Origin: Alphaproteobacteria bacterium
GTDB taxonomy: Bacteria; Pseudomonadota; Alphaproteobacteria; UBA7887
Length of the DNA: 64,000 bases
Direction: 5' to 3'
Assembly (NCBI GenBank): GCA_965216755.1
Contig: CBDCGL010000011.1
Span: 3,072,001-3,136,000 of the forward strand
Shown here: positions 29,030 through 39,249 of the stretch, piece after piece
Position numbering within the stretch: position 1 is the first letter of the stretch
Layout of the letters: each line of letters begins with the position of its first letter
Notes under the pieces: generated by a model
Told to the model about the DNA's origin: nothing
What the model saw: the letters and a program-made list of their open reading frames with translations, nothing else
Databases searched by the model: none
Position numbers and translations under genes: made by a program

Positions 29030-30622
29030 ATGGCCGTGCGCCGCTTGCGTTTTTGGGGCTGGGGATATGAAGACGAACCAATCGACGCGGCCGAGGCGGC
29101 ACGCGTCGTCCAACATGTGCAACGGCGCCTGGCCGCACCTGATCTTGAGGAAGACCCGGCGCCACGCCTAGAGGATATCGAATTGTCGGCGCCGCGCTTA
29201 TCGCCACCGGCGAGCTTGCGCGACATCTGCGACACGGCACCGATCGAACGGGTCAGCCATACCTATGGCAAATCATTCCCCGACTATGTGCGAACGCTGT
29301 CGCGCGACTTCTCGGTCGCGCCGGACGTGGTCGCCTATCCACGTCATGAAGCCGATATTGTCGACCTGCTGGCGTGGGCCAGCGACACCCATGCGGCCGT
29401 GATCCCCTTCGGCGCCGGGTCGTCGGTGGTCGGCGGCGTCGAAGCCGCCGTTGGCGACGGTTATCGCGGCGTTATCACGATTGACTTGCGCCAGCTGGAC
29501 CAGGTTCTCGAAGTCGACGAAACCTCGCGCGCGGCGCGCATTCAGGGCGGCGTGCTGGGCCCGCATATGGATGCTCAGCTCAAGCCGCATGGCTTTTCCA
29601 TGCGCCATTTCCCGCAATCCTATCAATTCTCGACCTTGGGCGGCTGGATCGCGACGCGGTCGGGTGGTCATTACGCCAGTCTGTACACCCATATTGACGA
29701 CTTCGTCGAATCGCTACGCGTGGTCACGCCGGCGGGCGTCATCGAAAGCCGGCGCCTGCCGGGATCCGGCGCCGGGCCGAGCCCAGACCGTTTCTTCATT
29801 GGCTCCGAGGGCACTTTGGGCGTTATTACCGAAGCGTGGATGCGGGTGCAGAACCGACCGACGCACAAGGCCGCGGCGTCGATGTGGTTCTATGAATATC
29901 AACAAGCGTCGCGCGCCGTCCGGGCGATTGCCCAGGCCGGGCTTTATCCATCCAATTGCCGGTTGATTGATGCCGACGAAACCGCCATGACCCTGGCCGG
30001 CGATGGCAGCCGCCACCTGTTGGTGTTGGGCTTCGAATCGGGCGACCACCCAGTCGACGCGTGGATGGCACGCGCCATCGAATGTTGCCAGGATTTCGGC
30101 GGCGTCCGCGACGACTCCGAAGCGGCCGGCCAGTCCACGGGCGCCGGCGGTTGGCGCACCGCGTTCATCCGCGCGCCTTTCTATCGCAGCCACCTGATCG
30201 CCCGCGGCATCATTCACGACACGTTCGAGACGTCGATTCCGTGGGATCATTTCCCGGAATTCCATGCCCGTGTGAAAACCGCCACGGCTCAAGCCATCCA
30301 TGACGTGACCGGACGCGACGGCACCGTGACCTGCCGCTTTACCCATGTCTATCCTGATGGTCCGGCACCCTATTTCACGTTTCATGCGGTTGGCAAAAAG
30401 GGTGCTCTTCTCGAGCAATGGCGGGACCTGAAGCAGATCGCCTCGGATATACTATTGAAAGAGGGTGGCACGATTACCCATCATCATGCGGTCGGCCGCG
30501 ACCACCGACCCTGGTATGATCAGCAAAGACCGGACTTGTTCGCCGACGCCGTCCAAGCCGCCAAAACCAAGCTTGATCCCAAGGGTGTTCTCAACCCGGG
30601 CGTTTTGATCGATCCGGCTTAA
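29030..30622 (+). CDS. FAD-binding oxidoreductase, alkyl-DHAP-synthase-like (VAO/PCMH family)
   Basis: FWGWG, PFGAGSSVVGG, RHFPQSYQFSTLGGWIATRSGG, GSEGTLG, THHHAVGRDH and DPKGVLNPG. Confidence 0.88.
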   Translation: MAVRRLRFWGWGYEDEPIDAAEAARVVQHVQRRLAAPDLEEDPAPRLEDIELSAPRLSPPASLRDICDTAPIERVSHTYGKSFPDYVRTLSRDFSVAPDVVAYPRHEADIVDLLAWASDTHAAVIPFGAGSSVVGGVEAAVGDGYRGVITIDLRQLDQVLEVDETSRAARIQGGVLGPHMDAQLKPHGFSMRHFPQSYQFSTLGGWIATRSGGHYASLYTHIDDFVESLRVVTPAGVIESRRLPGSGAGPSPDRFFIGSEGTLGVITEAWMRVQNRPTHKAAASMWFYEYQQASRAVRAIAQAGLYPSNCRLIDADETAMTLAGDGSRHLLVLGFESGDHPVDAWMARAIECCQDFGGVRDDSEAAGQSTGAGGWRTAFIRAPFYRSHLIARGIIHDTFETSIPWDHFPEFHARVKTATAQAIHDVTGRDGTVTCRFTHVYPDGPAPYFTFHAVGKKGALLEQWRDLKQIASDILLKEGGTITHHHAVGRDHRPWYDQQRPDLFADAVQAAKTKLDPKGVLNPGVLIDPA

Positions 30623-30641
30623 CGCGAAAGGGAGATACATC

Positions 30642-31415
30642 GTGGCACAATCAGCCGTTCGCCGTTCTGCCGTCAGCACCATGAGCGATGCTGAATGGGA
30701 TACCCGCGTCGCCTTGGCCGCCACCTATCGGGTGTTCGCCGAAATGGGCATGGACGATTTGATCTACACCCACATTTCGGCGCGTCTGCCCGACGCACCG
30801 GAGCACTTCCTTCTGAACCCATTCGGCCTGATGTTTGAGGAAGTGACGGCGTCGAACTTGGTCAAGGTCGATCTGGAGGGCACACCGGTAGACCCGGATT
30901 CGGCGCCCGTCAATCGCGCCGGCTTCGTGATCCACAGTGCCTTCCACGCCGGATGCCATCGGGCCAATTGCGTGATTCATCTGCATTCGGAAGCGGGCTG
31001 CGCCGTAGCGGCGCAAAAGGATGGCTTGCTACCCTTATCGCAATATTACTTTTTCAGCGGTGGCGGCGTCGCCTATCACGCCTATGAGGGGCTGGCGCTG
31101 GACGATGATGAAAAGGCGCGGCTTGTCGACGATTTGGGTGATAAGAACTGGATGGTGCTGCGCAACCATGGCCTGTTGACTGTCGGCCACACAGTCGCCG
31201 CGGCGTTCTTCCATATGTACAATTTGGAACGCGCCTGTCGGGTCCAGGTGGCCGCCCGCGGCGGTGGCGCCGCGATCGAACTGCCGGCCAAAACGGTTCA
31301 GGAGAAGACCCAGGCCCAGCGGCCGGTCAGTCTAGACCTTGGCGAATGGGGCCAACGGGAGTTGGCGGCCTGGATGCGCAAGTTGGACCGCGCCGGCAGC
31401 GACTACCGTCAATAG
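30642..31415 (+). CDS. class II aldolase/adducin family protein
   Basis: DLIYTHISAR, FLLNPFGLMFEEVTASNL, IHSAFH, CVIHLHS and LRNHGLL. Confidence 0.92.
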   Translation: MAQSAVRRSAVSTMSDAEWDTRVALAATYRVFAEMGMDDLIYTHISARLPDAPEHFLLNPFGLMFEEVTASNLVKVDLEGTPVDPDSAPVNRAGFVIHSAFHAGCHRANCVIHLHSEAGCAVAAQKDGLLPLSQYYFFSGGGVAYHAYEGLALDDDEKARLVDDLGDKNWMVLRNHGLLTVGHTVAAAFFHMYNLERACRVQVAARGGGAAIELPAKTVQEKTQAQRPVSLDLGEWGQRELAAWMRKLDRAGSDYRQ

Positions 31416-31421
31416 TGAATT

Positions 31422-31505
31422 CGGTGACAGTTTACTAAATACGCCATATCTAGTGTATGCACTAGGCATACCGCAATATGTAGCGTATTTAGTAAACTGT
31501 CACCG
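31422..31505. repeat. 84-bp palindromic element, copy 2
   Basis: Same 20-bp arms as copy 1 with a divergent 44-nt interior. Confidence 0.95.
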
Positions 31506-31511
31506 TAAGCA

Positions 31512-32096
31512 TTAATGCGTCGGGACGCTCCAGCTGACGGCCAGTTGCTTGGCTGCGTTGAGTTGCGCTTCGTTGAGCTTGCGCTGGATAAAGGGCAGAT
31601 TCTCTTGCGCACGTGCATGACCCTGGGTCGCCGCTAGGGTCAGCCAGGCGTGAGCGGTGACCAGGTCGCGGCTGACTCCTTGGCCATTGTAATACATGAA
31701 GCCGAGCCGATTCTGCGCCTCGGCATAGCCTTGCGTGGCCGCGTCACGGCAATAGCCGGCGGCCTTTGCATAGTCCTTTTGCACGCCATCGCCATTGCCG
31801 TGGCGAAAACACATGACGTATTGGGCCGGCGGGTGATTCATTTGCGCGGCCGATTGATACAGCTTTAACGCGACCGCCACGTCGGCTGGGACGCCAAGGC
31901 CATTTTCGTACATCACACCAAGATTGTAAGCCGCCGCGCCACTGCCGGCGTTCGCAGCTGCTTCAAAGGCCACGCGCGCGCTTGCATAGTCGCGCTGTTT
32001 GAACGCGGCGACACCCGCCGCATTGTCTGCCCAAACCGGCGCCGCCAAGATGGTGACGAAAACAACCGAAAGTGCCAACAGCTTCATGGGCCGCAT
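31512..32096 (-). CDS. secreted Sel1-repeat protein
   Basis: Signal peptide and three Sel1 repeats (AAYNLGVMYENGLGV..D; AQY......GDGV.KD; AQNRLGFMYYNGQGV..D). Confidence 0.9.
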   Translation of the reverse strand: MRPMKLLALSVVFVTILAAPVWADNAAGVAAFKQRDYASARVAFEAAANAGSGAAAYNLGVMYENGLGVPADVAVALKLYQSAAQMNHPPAQYVMCFRHGNGDGVQKDYAKAAGYCRDAATQGYAEAQNRLGFMYYNGQGVSRDLVTAHAWLTLAATQGHARAQENLPFIQRKLNEAQLNAAKQLAVSWSVPTH

Positions 32097-32217
32097 CCCG
32101 TGCTCATTTCGACCGTGACAATTGTGGCACGAATGGGGCGGCGGGACTATGGCCGTCGCTACACTTTTGGCTCAAAGAATGCCTGAAAACCGCCAAAAAA
32201 TGGCAAGGTTCTTGCCG

Positions 32218-33186
32218 TCATGAACTTGCGAGCGGCGCCCCGCTTTGTACGCTGTTGGTGGCAAATGCCACCTCGGGACCGGTTAAGTCTAGGATTGTAA
32301 AAGGAAATTGCGCGGGCCAGCGGCGCGCATAGGCGCAGGCGAGATCGGCATAGGCCGCCGCCAAGGCCATTTCGGCCAGTTTGCGGTCACGCGTGGGTGC
32401 CACCTTAAGCGGTGCTTCGATTGTGGTGACAAACCGGCCGTCGGCCGCGCGAACGGTAAATACAGGCAGTAATGCCGCGCCTGTGGCCAACGCCAGGCCA
32501 GGCGCGCCGGCGGCGATTCGCAGGCCGCCGTTCAAGAACGGCACGCTGTGCGCCCGCTGGCCGCGGCCCGCCACAGTGAGGGAGACAACGCCGTTGGCGC
32601 GTAGGTGGCCAGCGAGCTGACGCAAGGCGGCAGCTGAGCCAGACCGGCCAATGACCGCGCGCCGCGCCACATAGCGGCCTTCAATGCGCGTCGAAATCCA
32701 GTTGAACAGGGTGATCCCCACACGGCTGCGGCCAAACGCCCCATGTTCAAAGCGGCTCAAATGCACAACAGATAAACCGGCGCGATGCAGCGCGATCTTG
32801 CTGACCAAATCGCTGTGCGCCATAGGCGTCACCCACAGCACGACGCCGGCGCCGGCCTGCAGCGCCCGTTTCACATGCTCCAGCCCGACCAAATCAGTCG
32901 CCGGGCGCCAACCGCCCGGGCGATAACAGCGAAGCAGCTCAAACCGCGCCAAATGGGCATGGGTCAAATGTTCGGTGAACAGGGCGTCGCGGTCGTCGAT
33001 ACCGAGCAAAAGGCCCATCCGGCGTGCCCGCAAACCGGCGCGCGCCGGTCGCAGCTTATGCGCCAATCGGGCCAGGCGGCCGGCGGCATTCATCCAGGCG
33101 CGTTGCGGCAGCAGCCAAGACATGAGCGCCACCGCCGGCACATAGGCGAATAAATAAATGTCGCGCCATCCGACCAGCGCTGGCAT
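32218..33186 (-). CDS. LpxL/LPLAT-like acyltransferase family protein
   Basis: GLEHV..AL..G.GV, VPFLNG....AGAPGLALATGAALLPV and WPAQF. The catalytic HxxxxD/E motif is not clear. Confidence 0.6.
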   Translation of the reverse strand: MPALVGWRDIYLFAYVPAVALMSWLLPQRAWMNAAGRLARLAHKLRPARAGLRARRMGLLLGIDDRDALFTEHLTHAHLARFELLRCYRPGGWRPATDLVGLEHVKRALQAGAGVVLWVTPMAHSDLVSKIALHRAGLSVVHLSRFEHGAFGRSRVGITLFNWISTRIEGRYVARRAVIGRSGSAAALRQLAGHLRANGVVSLTVAGRGQRAHSVPFLNGGLRIAAGAPGLALATGAALLPVFTVRAADGRFVTTIEAPLKVAPTRDRKLAEMALAAAYADLACAYARRWPAQFPFTILDLTGPEVAFATNSVQSGAPLASS

Positions 33187-33275
33187 CGCGCACCATTGTC
33201 GCTATGGATCCGAAGGGTGAACTCAACCAATAGGCCCGTTATGGTTAAGAATTCGCTGGCATGGAGGAAAGTTGG

Positions 33276-33485
33276 ATGGGCGACCGTCTGTTGGCGATCG
33301 GCCTGATCGGCAGCATTGTCACGGCGTTGTGCTGTTTTACGCCGATATTGGTGATGATCTTGGGCGCGCTGGGGCTATCGGCTTTGGCGGCGGGGCTGGA
33401 CAGCGTGTTATTGCCGTTGCTGGGCGTTTTTCTGGCGATCACGCTCTATGCGTTGTGGCGCCGCCCCGGGATCAAACGGGGCTAG
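33276..33485 (+). CDS. merF: mercury transport protein MerF
   Basis: LLAIGLIGSIVTALCCFTPILVMILGALGLSAL..GLDSVLLPLLGVFLAITLYALWRR. SD GGAGG. Confidence 0.85.
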   Translation: MGDRLLAIGLIGSIVTALCCFTPILVMILGALGLSALAAGLDSVLLPLLGVFLAITLYALWRRPGIKRG

Positions 33486-35178
33486 AGGCGACCGCGCCGC
33501 CGAACTGCAGCACCGCGTCCGCCGACAAGGCACGCACCGCCAAGGGATGTACGCGCCCACGGATTTCAACCTCATGGGATTGGGCGTCGTCGACCGTGAT
33601 GCCGCCGTGGCGAACAACGTCATCAGACAGAACCACTTGCGCCTGCAACGTCTTGGTCATTTCCTCCAGGCGGCTGGCGGTATTGACCACATCACCGACA
33701 ACCGTGATGCCGCGCACGCCGCGAAACCCCATTTCACCGACAATGACCGGCCCCACATGGATGCCGATGCCGATTTTGAGCGGCACGTCGAGCTCATCGC
33801 GCAAAGAGTCGTTGAGCTGTTCCAGGCGCGCGGTCATCGAACGCGCCGCGCCAACCGCGTTGCGGCATCCCTGTTCGACGTCACCATCAATACCGAACAG
33901 TGCCATCAGCCCATCGCCGACAAATTCATTGATCACGCCGCCGGCGCTTTCGATCGCTTCCGCCATCGTCACCCGGAACCGGTTGAGCACAAAAACCACG
34001 TCATAGGGCAGGCGCGACTCGGAAAAGCGCGTGAAGCCACGTAGGTCGGCAAATAGGATGGCCACCGTCCGCTCTTCGCTGTTTTGCCGAAGCGCACGCT
34101 GATACGCGTCGGCGACGGTCGCTGTCGGCGGCAGCAGGGGCGACAGCGCCAGATCCGCCGTCGGCCGGATCTGACATGCCAGGCGCACGGACGAGGGCGC
34201 CGCGATCCGCCGCAACACGGTGAGCTCTTGCCCCTCTGGTGGCGGCAGGCGGTCCGCGCCATTTTCGATCTGCACCCGACATGTGGAACAGCGCCCGCGT
34301 CCACCGCACACGCTGGCATGGCGGATGCCCGCGGCGCGCAACGCCTCGAGCGCGGTCATGCCCGGTGCCACATCGACCACGCGCTGGCCGCGATAGCGCA
34401 TGCGCGGGCCCCGGTTGCGGCCGCGCCAATAACCGCGCAAGGCGCGGGCGGCCAATACCGCAACCAATATCGCACCGATCACATACCACCCAACCACGCG
34501 GCTATCCTGCATCCAGGCGGCCATGTCAGCTTCAAATCGGGCCTGTTCCATGGTCGCCAAAACCCAATCGGTGTCCTCCGCCAAAGCCATGACCCGGGTG
34601 CCGCCGGACACGTAGCCGGCCAAGGCCGCCACCGGCACGATAATGGCAAGCGCGAAGGCCACCAGTTGCACGCGCGCATACCACCTTTTCAGCCGCAACC
34701 AGCCATGCAGGCCGATACAGCCATGGATCCAAACCACAAACACGGCCACCGTCTGGACGATGCCGAAAGTGGGCGCGATCACCCACAAAAAGGTTAGTTC
34801 CAGATCGTAGTTCATGGCCACGTCATAGCGCTCGACAAGGCCGCGCGTCGCCAACACATGGCCGATCAAAATCAGCGGGATGCTCAAGCCAAGCACCGTT
34901 TGCACAAGCTGCCAAAGGGGCAGCCGCAGGGTCCGCCGGCGATAAACGGACCATAGTGCGGTGGCCATGTGGGTCAGCGCCGCGCCGGTGAGAAGGATCG
35001 TCCCCGGCACCGTGTGCCATGGCGCGACCGATACGGCGAGCCCGGCGTTCATGGTCGCCAAGCCGAAAATGCCAAGGCTGTGGTTAACCAGGTGGCCGAA
35101 CACGAAGACGAACAGAATCACCCCGCTGCCAAGACGCAAACGGGCGACCACCAAGCGTGCTGTAGGACCGTCAAACAT
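33472..35178 (-). CDS. class III adenylate/guanylate cyclase with a His-rich membrane domain and a 2Fe-2S ferredoxin domain (CyaC-type)
   Basis: TM His residues (GHLVNH, LTHM, IGHV, IHGCIGLH), HASVCGGRGRCSTC...RLACQ, FADLRGFT, GDGLMALF and GDVVNTASRLE. Confidence 0.9.
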   Translation of the reverse strand: MFDGPTARLVVARLRLGSGVILFVFVFGHLVNHSLGIFGLATMNAGLAVSVAPWHTVPGTILLTGAALTHMATALWSVYRRRTLRLPLWQLVQTVLGLSIPLILIGHVLATRGLVERYDVAMNYDLELTFLWVIAPTFGIVQTVAVFVVWIHGCIGLHGWLRLKRWYARVQLVAFALAIIVPVAALAGYVSGGTRVMALAEDTDWVLATMEQARFEADMAAWMQDSRVVGWYVIGAILVAVLAARALRGYWRGRNRGPRMRYRGQRVVDVAPGMTALEALRAAGIRHASVCGGRGRCSTCRVQIENGADRLPPPEGQELTVLRRIAAPSSVRLACQIRPTADLALSPLLPPTATVADAYQRALRQNSEERTVAILFADLRGFTRFSESRLPYDVVFVLNRFRVTMAEAIESAGGVINEFVGDGLMALFGIDGDVEQGCRNAVGAARSMTARLEQLNDSLRDELDVPLKIGIGIHVGPVIVGEMGFRGVRGITVVGDVVNTASRLEEMTKTLQAQVVLSDDVVRHGGITVDDAQSHEVEIRGRVHPLAVRALSADAVLQFGGAVASSPV

Positions 35179-35587
35179 CGGTAAGCGGACAGTATCAGAC
35201 CGGCCCGCGCGCGCCGCGATCACACGTTTGTGAGCAAATCGACTGCCCCAAAACGGCGCTCGTTTTACCCCATGGCGCATCCTCATTCATTCTTCACGCC
35301 AATACGTTAGGCAGGTGCGATGCCGCGCACCGATGGGCTTCGGGCGCGCATCCGACCAGATCGTCGAAAGCTTCACCCTGAGTGTCCAACAAAGCTTGCG
35401 CCAACAAGGTTACTTGCAAATGCGACTTAATCGCGATAGCAACAAATTTGGGTGGCAGCACTTTTTTGTGGGGGAAGAAACGTGGCGCAGATCGCCATTG
35501 TACCGAGCAGCTCGGCGTCAACGATGGGGTCTGTCGGCGAAGGGGCAAGCGTCAATATCGGCCGGACACGATCCGTTGCGCCGTAGC

Positions 35588-37300
35588 ATGCCGCCTTCCA
35601 CCGCGCCCGACAACCGGCTGTTTCTTGGGCTGCTGGTCGCCACCATGGGCCTTGCCGCTGCTTTTAACATATTTGCCTACCTTCGCCCGGACATCTTCTC
35701 ACCCGACGGCGGACACGATTTCATTCACCTGATTCCGCGGACGGCACGTGAATTCAAGCTTGTTTTCGGTGGGGCGTTCGTAATTGGCCTGCTCATATTC
35801 AGCTTGGTCATGTGGCGCGCGGCATTTTTCGACCGGCATTTCAAAAGCGCGTTGATCGGATGCGTCGCAGCTTGGGCGGTGTTTCTGTTCGCATTCACGT
35901 TCGCGCACACCATGAATATCGACGAACGCGAGGCCCTGCAAACGATCTGGAAAATGCACAATGGGTTGGTCCCGTACGTGGATTTTTTCCAGCACCATCA
36001 CCCTTTGCTTTGGATCCAGTCGCTCCCGGTCATGGCGCTTCTCGGCCCGTCGGCAACACTGTTTTTCGCGCTGCGCTTGGTTCAATTCTTGTTTGTAGCG
36101 GGCATTGCGATCGCCACCTACAAAACCGCACGGCTGATTACCGCCTCGGCCGAAACCGGCATCGTCGCCGTTCTTCTGCTTTTGACATTCTTCTTTTTTG
36201 TTTCCGACGGCATCGAGATTCGGCCCGACGTGGAGCAGACGTTCTTTTGCGTATGGAGCTTCTATTTTTTTGTCAAACATCTTTTTAGCAGCGACGATCA
36301 CTGGATGGCGGCGAGTGGTGCAAGCGCCGCCGTCGCGTTCATCTATCTGCAAAAAGCTCTGTTCTTTTTGTTTCCGCTGGGGCTGGTGATGGTCTATCTG
36401 CTGTCTACCCGTCGCATCCGCTGGCGGCGCCTGATCCACTTTTGCCTGGCGTTCTCCGTCCCCTGCCTCGTTTTCATCGGTGCGTATGTTTTGAGCGGCC
36501 AGGCCGAAGAATATCTCGTGTTCAATTGGGTCCTCAACGCGGTCAAGGAATCGCGCACCGCGGTGTTTCAGCACTACGCCTATTTGTTGGTTTGGAATCC
36601 GCACCTATGGCTGGGCACGGTTCTCTACCTGGCTTTCTGGATCGTCCGCCGCGGCACGATACCGTTCGCCATACATATAAGTTTCTTCGTCGGCATCGTG
36701 ATTTTTGTCATTGCCGCCGCCAGTCCGCGCGCGTGGAGTCAGTATTACATGGTGGCGTTCCCGTTTCTGGCGATCCCGGTGGCCGTGATGGTGCGGGAAA
36801 GCATCAAGGGCTTCCAAAAGAACACGCGGCTTGGCCTTTATTGTTTGTTGGTGTTCGGATCGGCGCCGGTGTTCCTGGTCGAATTCTGCTATCCGCAGTC
36901 CAACCAAGAGGTCTTTCGGATCATGCGCGACAATATCGGGCGGCACGACGAGTATGCGTATGACGAGCGCATACGTTACAATTTGTTCAAGCGAGACTTA
37001 AGCTTCTTTTGGTTCAGCACCCATCGGGACGGCATGCTGGATAGCTACCGCACGCTGGTCGAAGATGATCGATTTGATTGGCGCCGGAAACAAAGTTATG
37101 GCGACTTCGCTTTCTGCAATCTGATCGCCGCCACCCAGCCAAGAGTTGTGTACACGCGCGGCGGGTCCGAGAATCGGCTCGAAGATTGCGAAACCCGTGA
37201 ACACTATGTGCAAGTCTTTAGTGGCTATTATGTCGACCGTGGCGACGGTCGGCTCTATCACCGGCGCGACGCGACAGTGGCGCGTCGCCCGCCGGACTAG
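35588..37300 (+). CDS. GT-C (ArnT/PMT-like) multi-pass membrane glycosyltransferase
   Basis: NIDERE...GLVPYVDFFQHHHPL, EIRPD, QKA and many TM helices. Confidence 0.7.
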   Translation: MPPSTAPDNRLFLGLLVATMGLAAAFNIFAYLRPDIFSPDGGHDFIHLIPRTAREFKLVFGGAFVIGLLIFSLVMWRAAFFDRHFKSALIGCVAAWAVFLFAFTFAHTMNIDEREALQTIWKMHNGLVPYVDFFQHHHPLLWIQSLPVMALLGPSATLFFALRLVQFLFVAGIAIATYKTARLITASAETGIVAVLLLLTFFFFVSDGIEIRPDVEQTFFCVWSFYFFVKHLFSSDDHWMAASGASAAVAFIYLQKALFFLFPLGLVMVYLLSTRRIRWRRLIHFCLAFSVPCLVFIGAYVLSGQAEEYLVFNWVLNAVKESRTAVFQHYAYLLVWNPHLWLGTVLYLAFWIVRRGTIPFAIHISFFVGIVIFVIAAASPRAWSQYYMVAFPFLAIPVAVMVRESIKGFQKNTRLGLYCLLVFGSAPVFLVEFCYPQSNQEVFRIMRDNIGRHDEYAYDERIRYNLFKRDLSFFWFSTHRDGMLDSYRTLVEDDRFDWRRKQSYGDFAFCNLIAATQPRVVYTRGGSENRLEDCETREHYVQVFSGYYVDRGDGRLYHRRDATVARRPPD

Positions 37301-37301
37301 C

Positions 37302-38108
37302 CTAGCGATCCTTCCATTGGGGCGGGCGCTTTTCGAGGAACGCGGCGATGCCTTCCTTGGAATCCTCGGCATTGAACGCCCGCACCATCACTTCGGTGAC
37401 ATGATCGTAGGCCATGCGCCGGCTCATTTCTAGCTGGCGATAGAATGATCGCTTGCCCATGGCCACGGCATAGGCCGACTTGCCAGCGATTTGCCGCGCC
37501 AGCGCCTCAACGCGCCCATCGAGCGCATCGTCAGCCACGACTTCATTAACCAAGCCATAGCGAAACGCGGTTTCAGCGTCGATCAAATCGCCGGTCAGCA
37601 GCATCTGCAGGGCGTGCTTGGGCGCAATGGCGCGGCTGAGCGCCACCTGCGGGGCCAGACACCACAAGCCGATATTGACGCCCGGCGTGGCGAAGCGGGC
37701 GCTGGCCGCGGCCAGGGTCAGATCACAGGTCGCAGCCAACTCACAGCCGGCGGCGGTGGCGGTACCGTGGACTTTGGCAATAACCGGTTGCGGCAGGTCG
37801 ATAATCGCCTGCAACATGGCCGCACAGTGCACATTGGACGTCCGTTTCTCGTCGGCGTGGGTCGTCGCCAGGGTCTCGTTGAGGTCGTGGCCCGTGCAGA
37901 ATAGGCGGCCGGTGGCAGCCAAGACCACGACGCGCACAGCTCTGTCCGCGGCTATGGCATCGAAGGCTCCGTGCAGCGCGTCGACCAGGGCGTGCGACAG
38001 ACTGTTGCCGGACCGCGGTCGATTGAGGGTCAGTGTGGTGACGCCATCGGCATCAGTGCGCCGCAATACATCCTGCTCACTGGCGATGTCGCCTTGATCG
38101 CTATCCAT
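37302..38108 (-). CDS. enoyl-CoA hydratase/isomerase family protein
   Basis: LTLNRP, FCTGHDL, ATAAGCEL, FATPGVNIG and EGIAAFLEKRPPQW. Confidence 0.92.
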   Translation of the reverse strand: MDSDQGDIASEQDVLRRTDADGVTTLTLNRPRSGNSLSHALVDALHGAFDAIAADRAVRVVVLAATGRLFCTGHDLNETLATTHADEKRTSNVHCAAMLQAIIDLPQPVIAKVHGTATAAGCELAATCDLTLAAASARFATPGVNIGLWCLAPQVALSRAIAPKHALQMLLTGDLIDAETAFRYGLVNEVVADDALDGRVEALARQIAGKSAYAVAMGKRSFYRQLEMSRRMAYDHVTEVMVRAFNAEDSKEGIAAFLEKRPPQWKDR

Positions 38109-38326
38109 GTGGCCCTCCTGTGCCTGTGCGCCCCGCCAGTATGCCGGACATGGCGTCGATTTGACAGGCGATGGCTGAGGGCCCCGGCCTGGTCGGCGGG
38201 ACCAAAGTCGCTATCTTCATTCGAAGACCCACGCAACGACCCGCTGAGGATTCCGCTGTGGTAACAGTTTGCCGAACCGGCGCCGCGCCCGACCCGACCA
38301 CGCCGCAGTCGACCCATGATGACCGA

Positions 38327-39142
38327 ATGGGACAGCCGACGCGACGACGTGTTTTGAGCGGCCTGCCCGCGTTGGCGGCGGGCGGCGCGGCCGGCGCCGT
38401 GGTCGGCGGCGCGCTCGGCTATCGCTATCGCCACCAAATCCACGATATCTGGCGCACGAGCGTCGCCAACGGCGACGGCGACACGCCGGGTGCGCGGGCG
38501 TTTTTTGCCGAGGATGCGCGACTGCGCGCGCTGCGCGACCAGCAAACCGCCGACGATGCACTGGCGCTGAAAGCCCACTATGCCGCGCCGGTGATCGGTC
38601 CCGTGACAATGTGGTCGCTGATCGAACGAATGGGCCTGTGCATCGATACGACCGACCGGCAGTTGTTCGCCACCAGTCAACTGGTACACGTGCAGCAGAT
38701 CCTCGCCGCCATGGAGCGGCACGGCGTGACCGAACCGTCGTTTTTCCTGATCGCCTTGTTGCACGATGTCGGCAAGGTCGCGACACTCCACGGCGGCCGG
38801 CCGGAGGATATTTTCGGCGGCGCCGATCCCCTGCGCCACGACCCGGCGAGAAACGGCCTCGATCATGTCATCTTTCAGTTCAGCCACGCCGAATTGATAT
38901 ATCCGCGCATCAAGGATTTCGTGCCCGAGGCCGTGGCGTGGACCGTGCGTTACCACAACATCGATATCGCTAGCAGCCTACCGTTGATGACGGCGCGCGA
39001 GCGTGCACTGACCGAACGTTATTTGCGGCCATTCCGACGTTTCGACGGTGGCTACAAATCGTTTCACTACGCGCCGCCGTTCGACATCGCGTCCTACCGG
39101 GCGTTGATCGAGGACTATTTCCCCGAGCCGATTATGTTCTGA
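38327..39142 (+). CDS. myo-inositol-oxygenase-like HD-domain diiron protein with Tat signal/anchor
   Basis: TRRRVL followed by a hydrophobic stretch, then DTTD..H..Q, LLHDVGK, FSHAE, RYH, RFD..YK and C-terminal LIEDYFP. Confidence 0.7.
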   Translation: MGQPTRRRVLSGLPALAAGGAAGAVVGGALGYRYRHQIHDIWRTSVANGDGDTPGARAFFAEDARLRALRDQQTADDALALKAHYAAPVIGPVTMWSLIERMGLCIDTTDRQLFATSQLVHVQQILAAMERHGVTEPSFFLIALLHDVGKVATLHGGRPEDIFGGADPLRHDPARNGLDHVIFQFSHAELIYPRIKDFVPEAVAWTVRYHNIDIASSLPLMTARERALTERYLRPFRRFDGGYKSFHYAPPFDIASYRALIEDYFPEPIMF

Positions 39143-39156
39143 TTATTTTTCGATTT

Positions 39157-39240
39157 CGGTGACAGTTTACTAAATATACTGTATATTGCGGCCAGATCAG
39201 AGAAATCGCTAAATCTTGTGTATTTAGTAAACTGTCACCG
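39157..39240. repeat. 84-bp palindromic element, copy 3
   Basis: Same arms as the other copies. Separated from the tRNA-Thr CCA end by 9 nt. Confidence 0.95.
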
Positions 39241-39249
39241 AGATATAAA

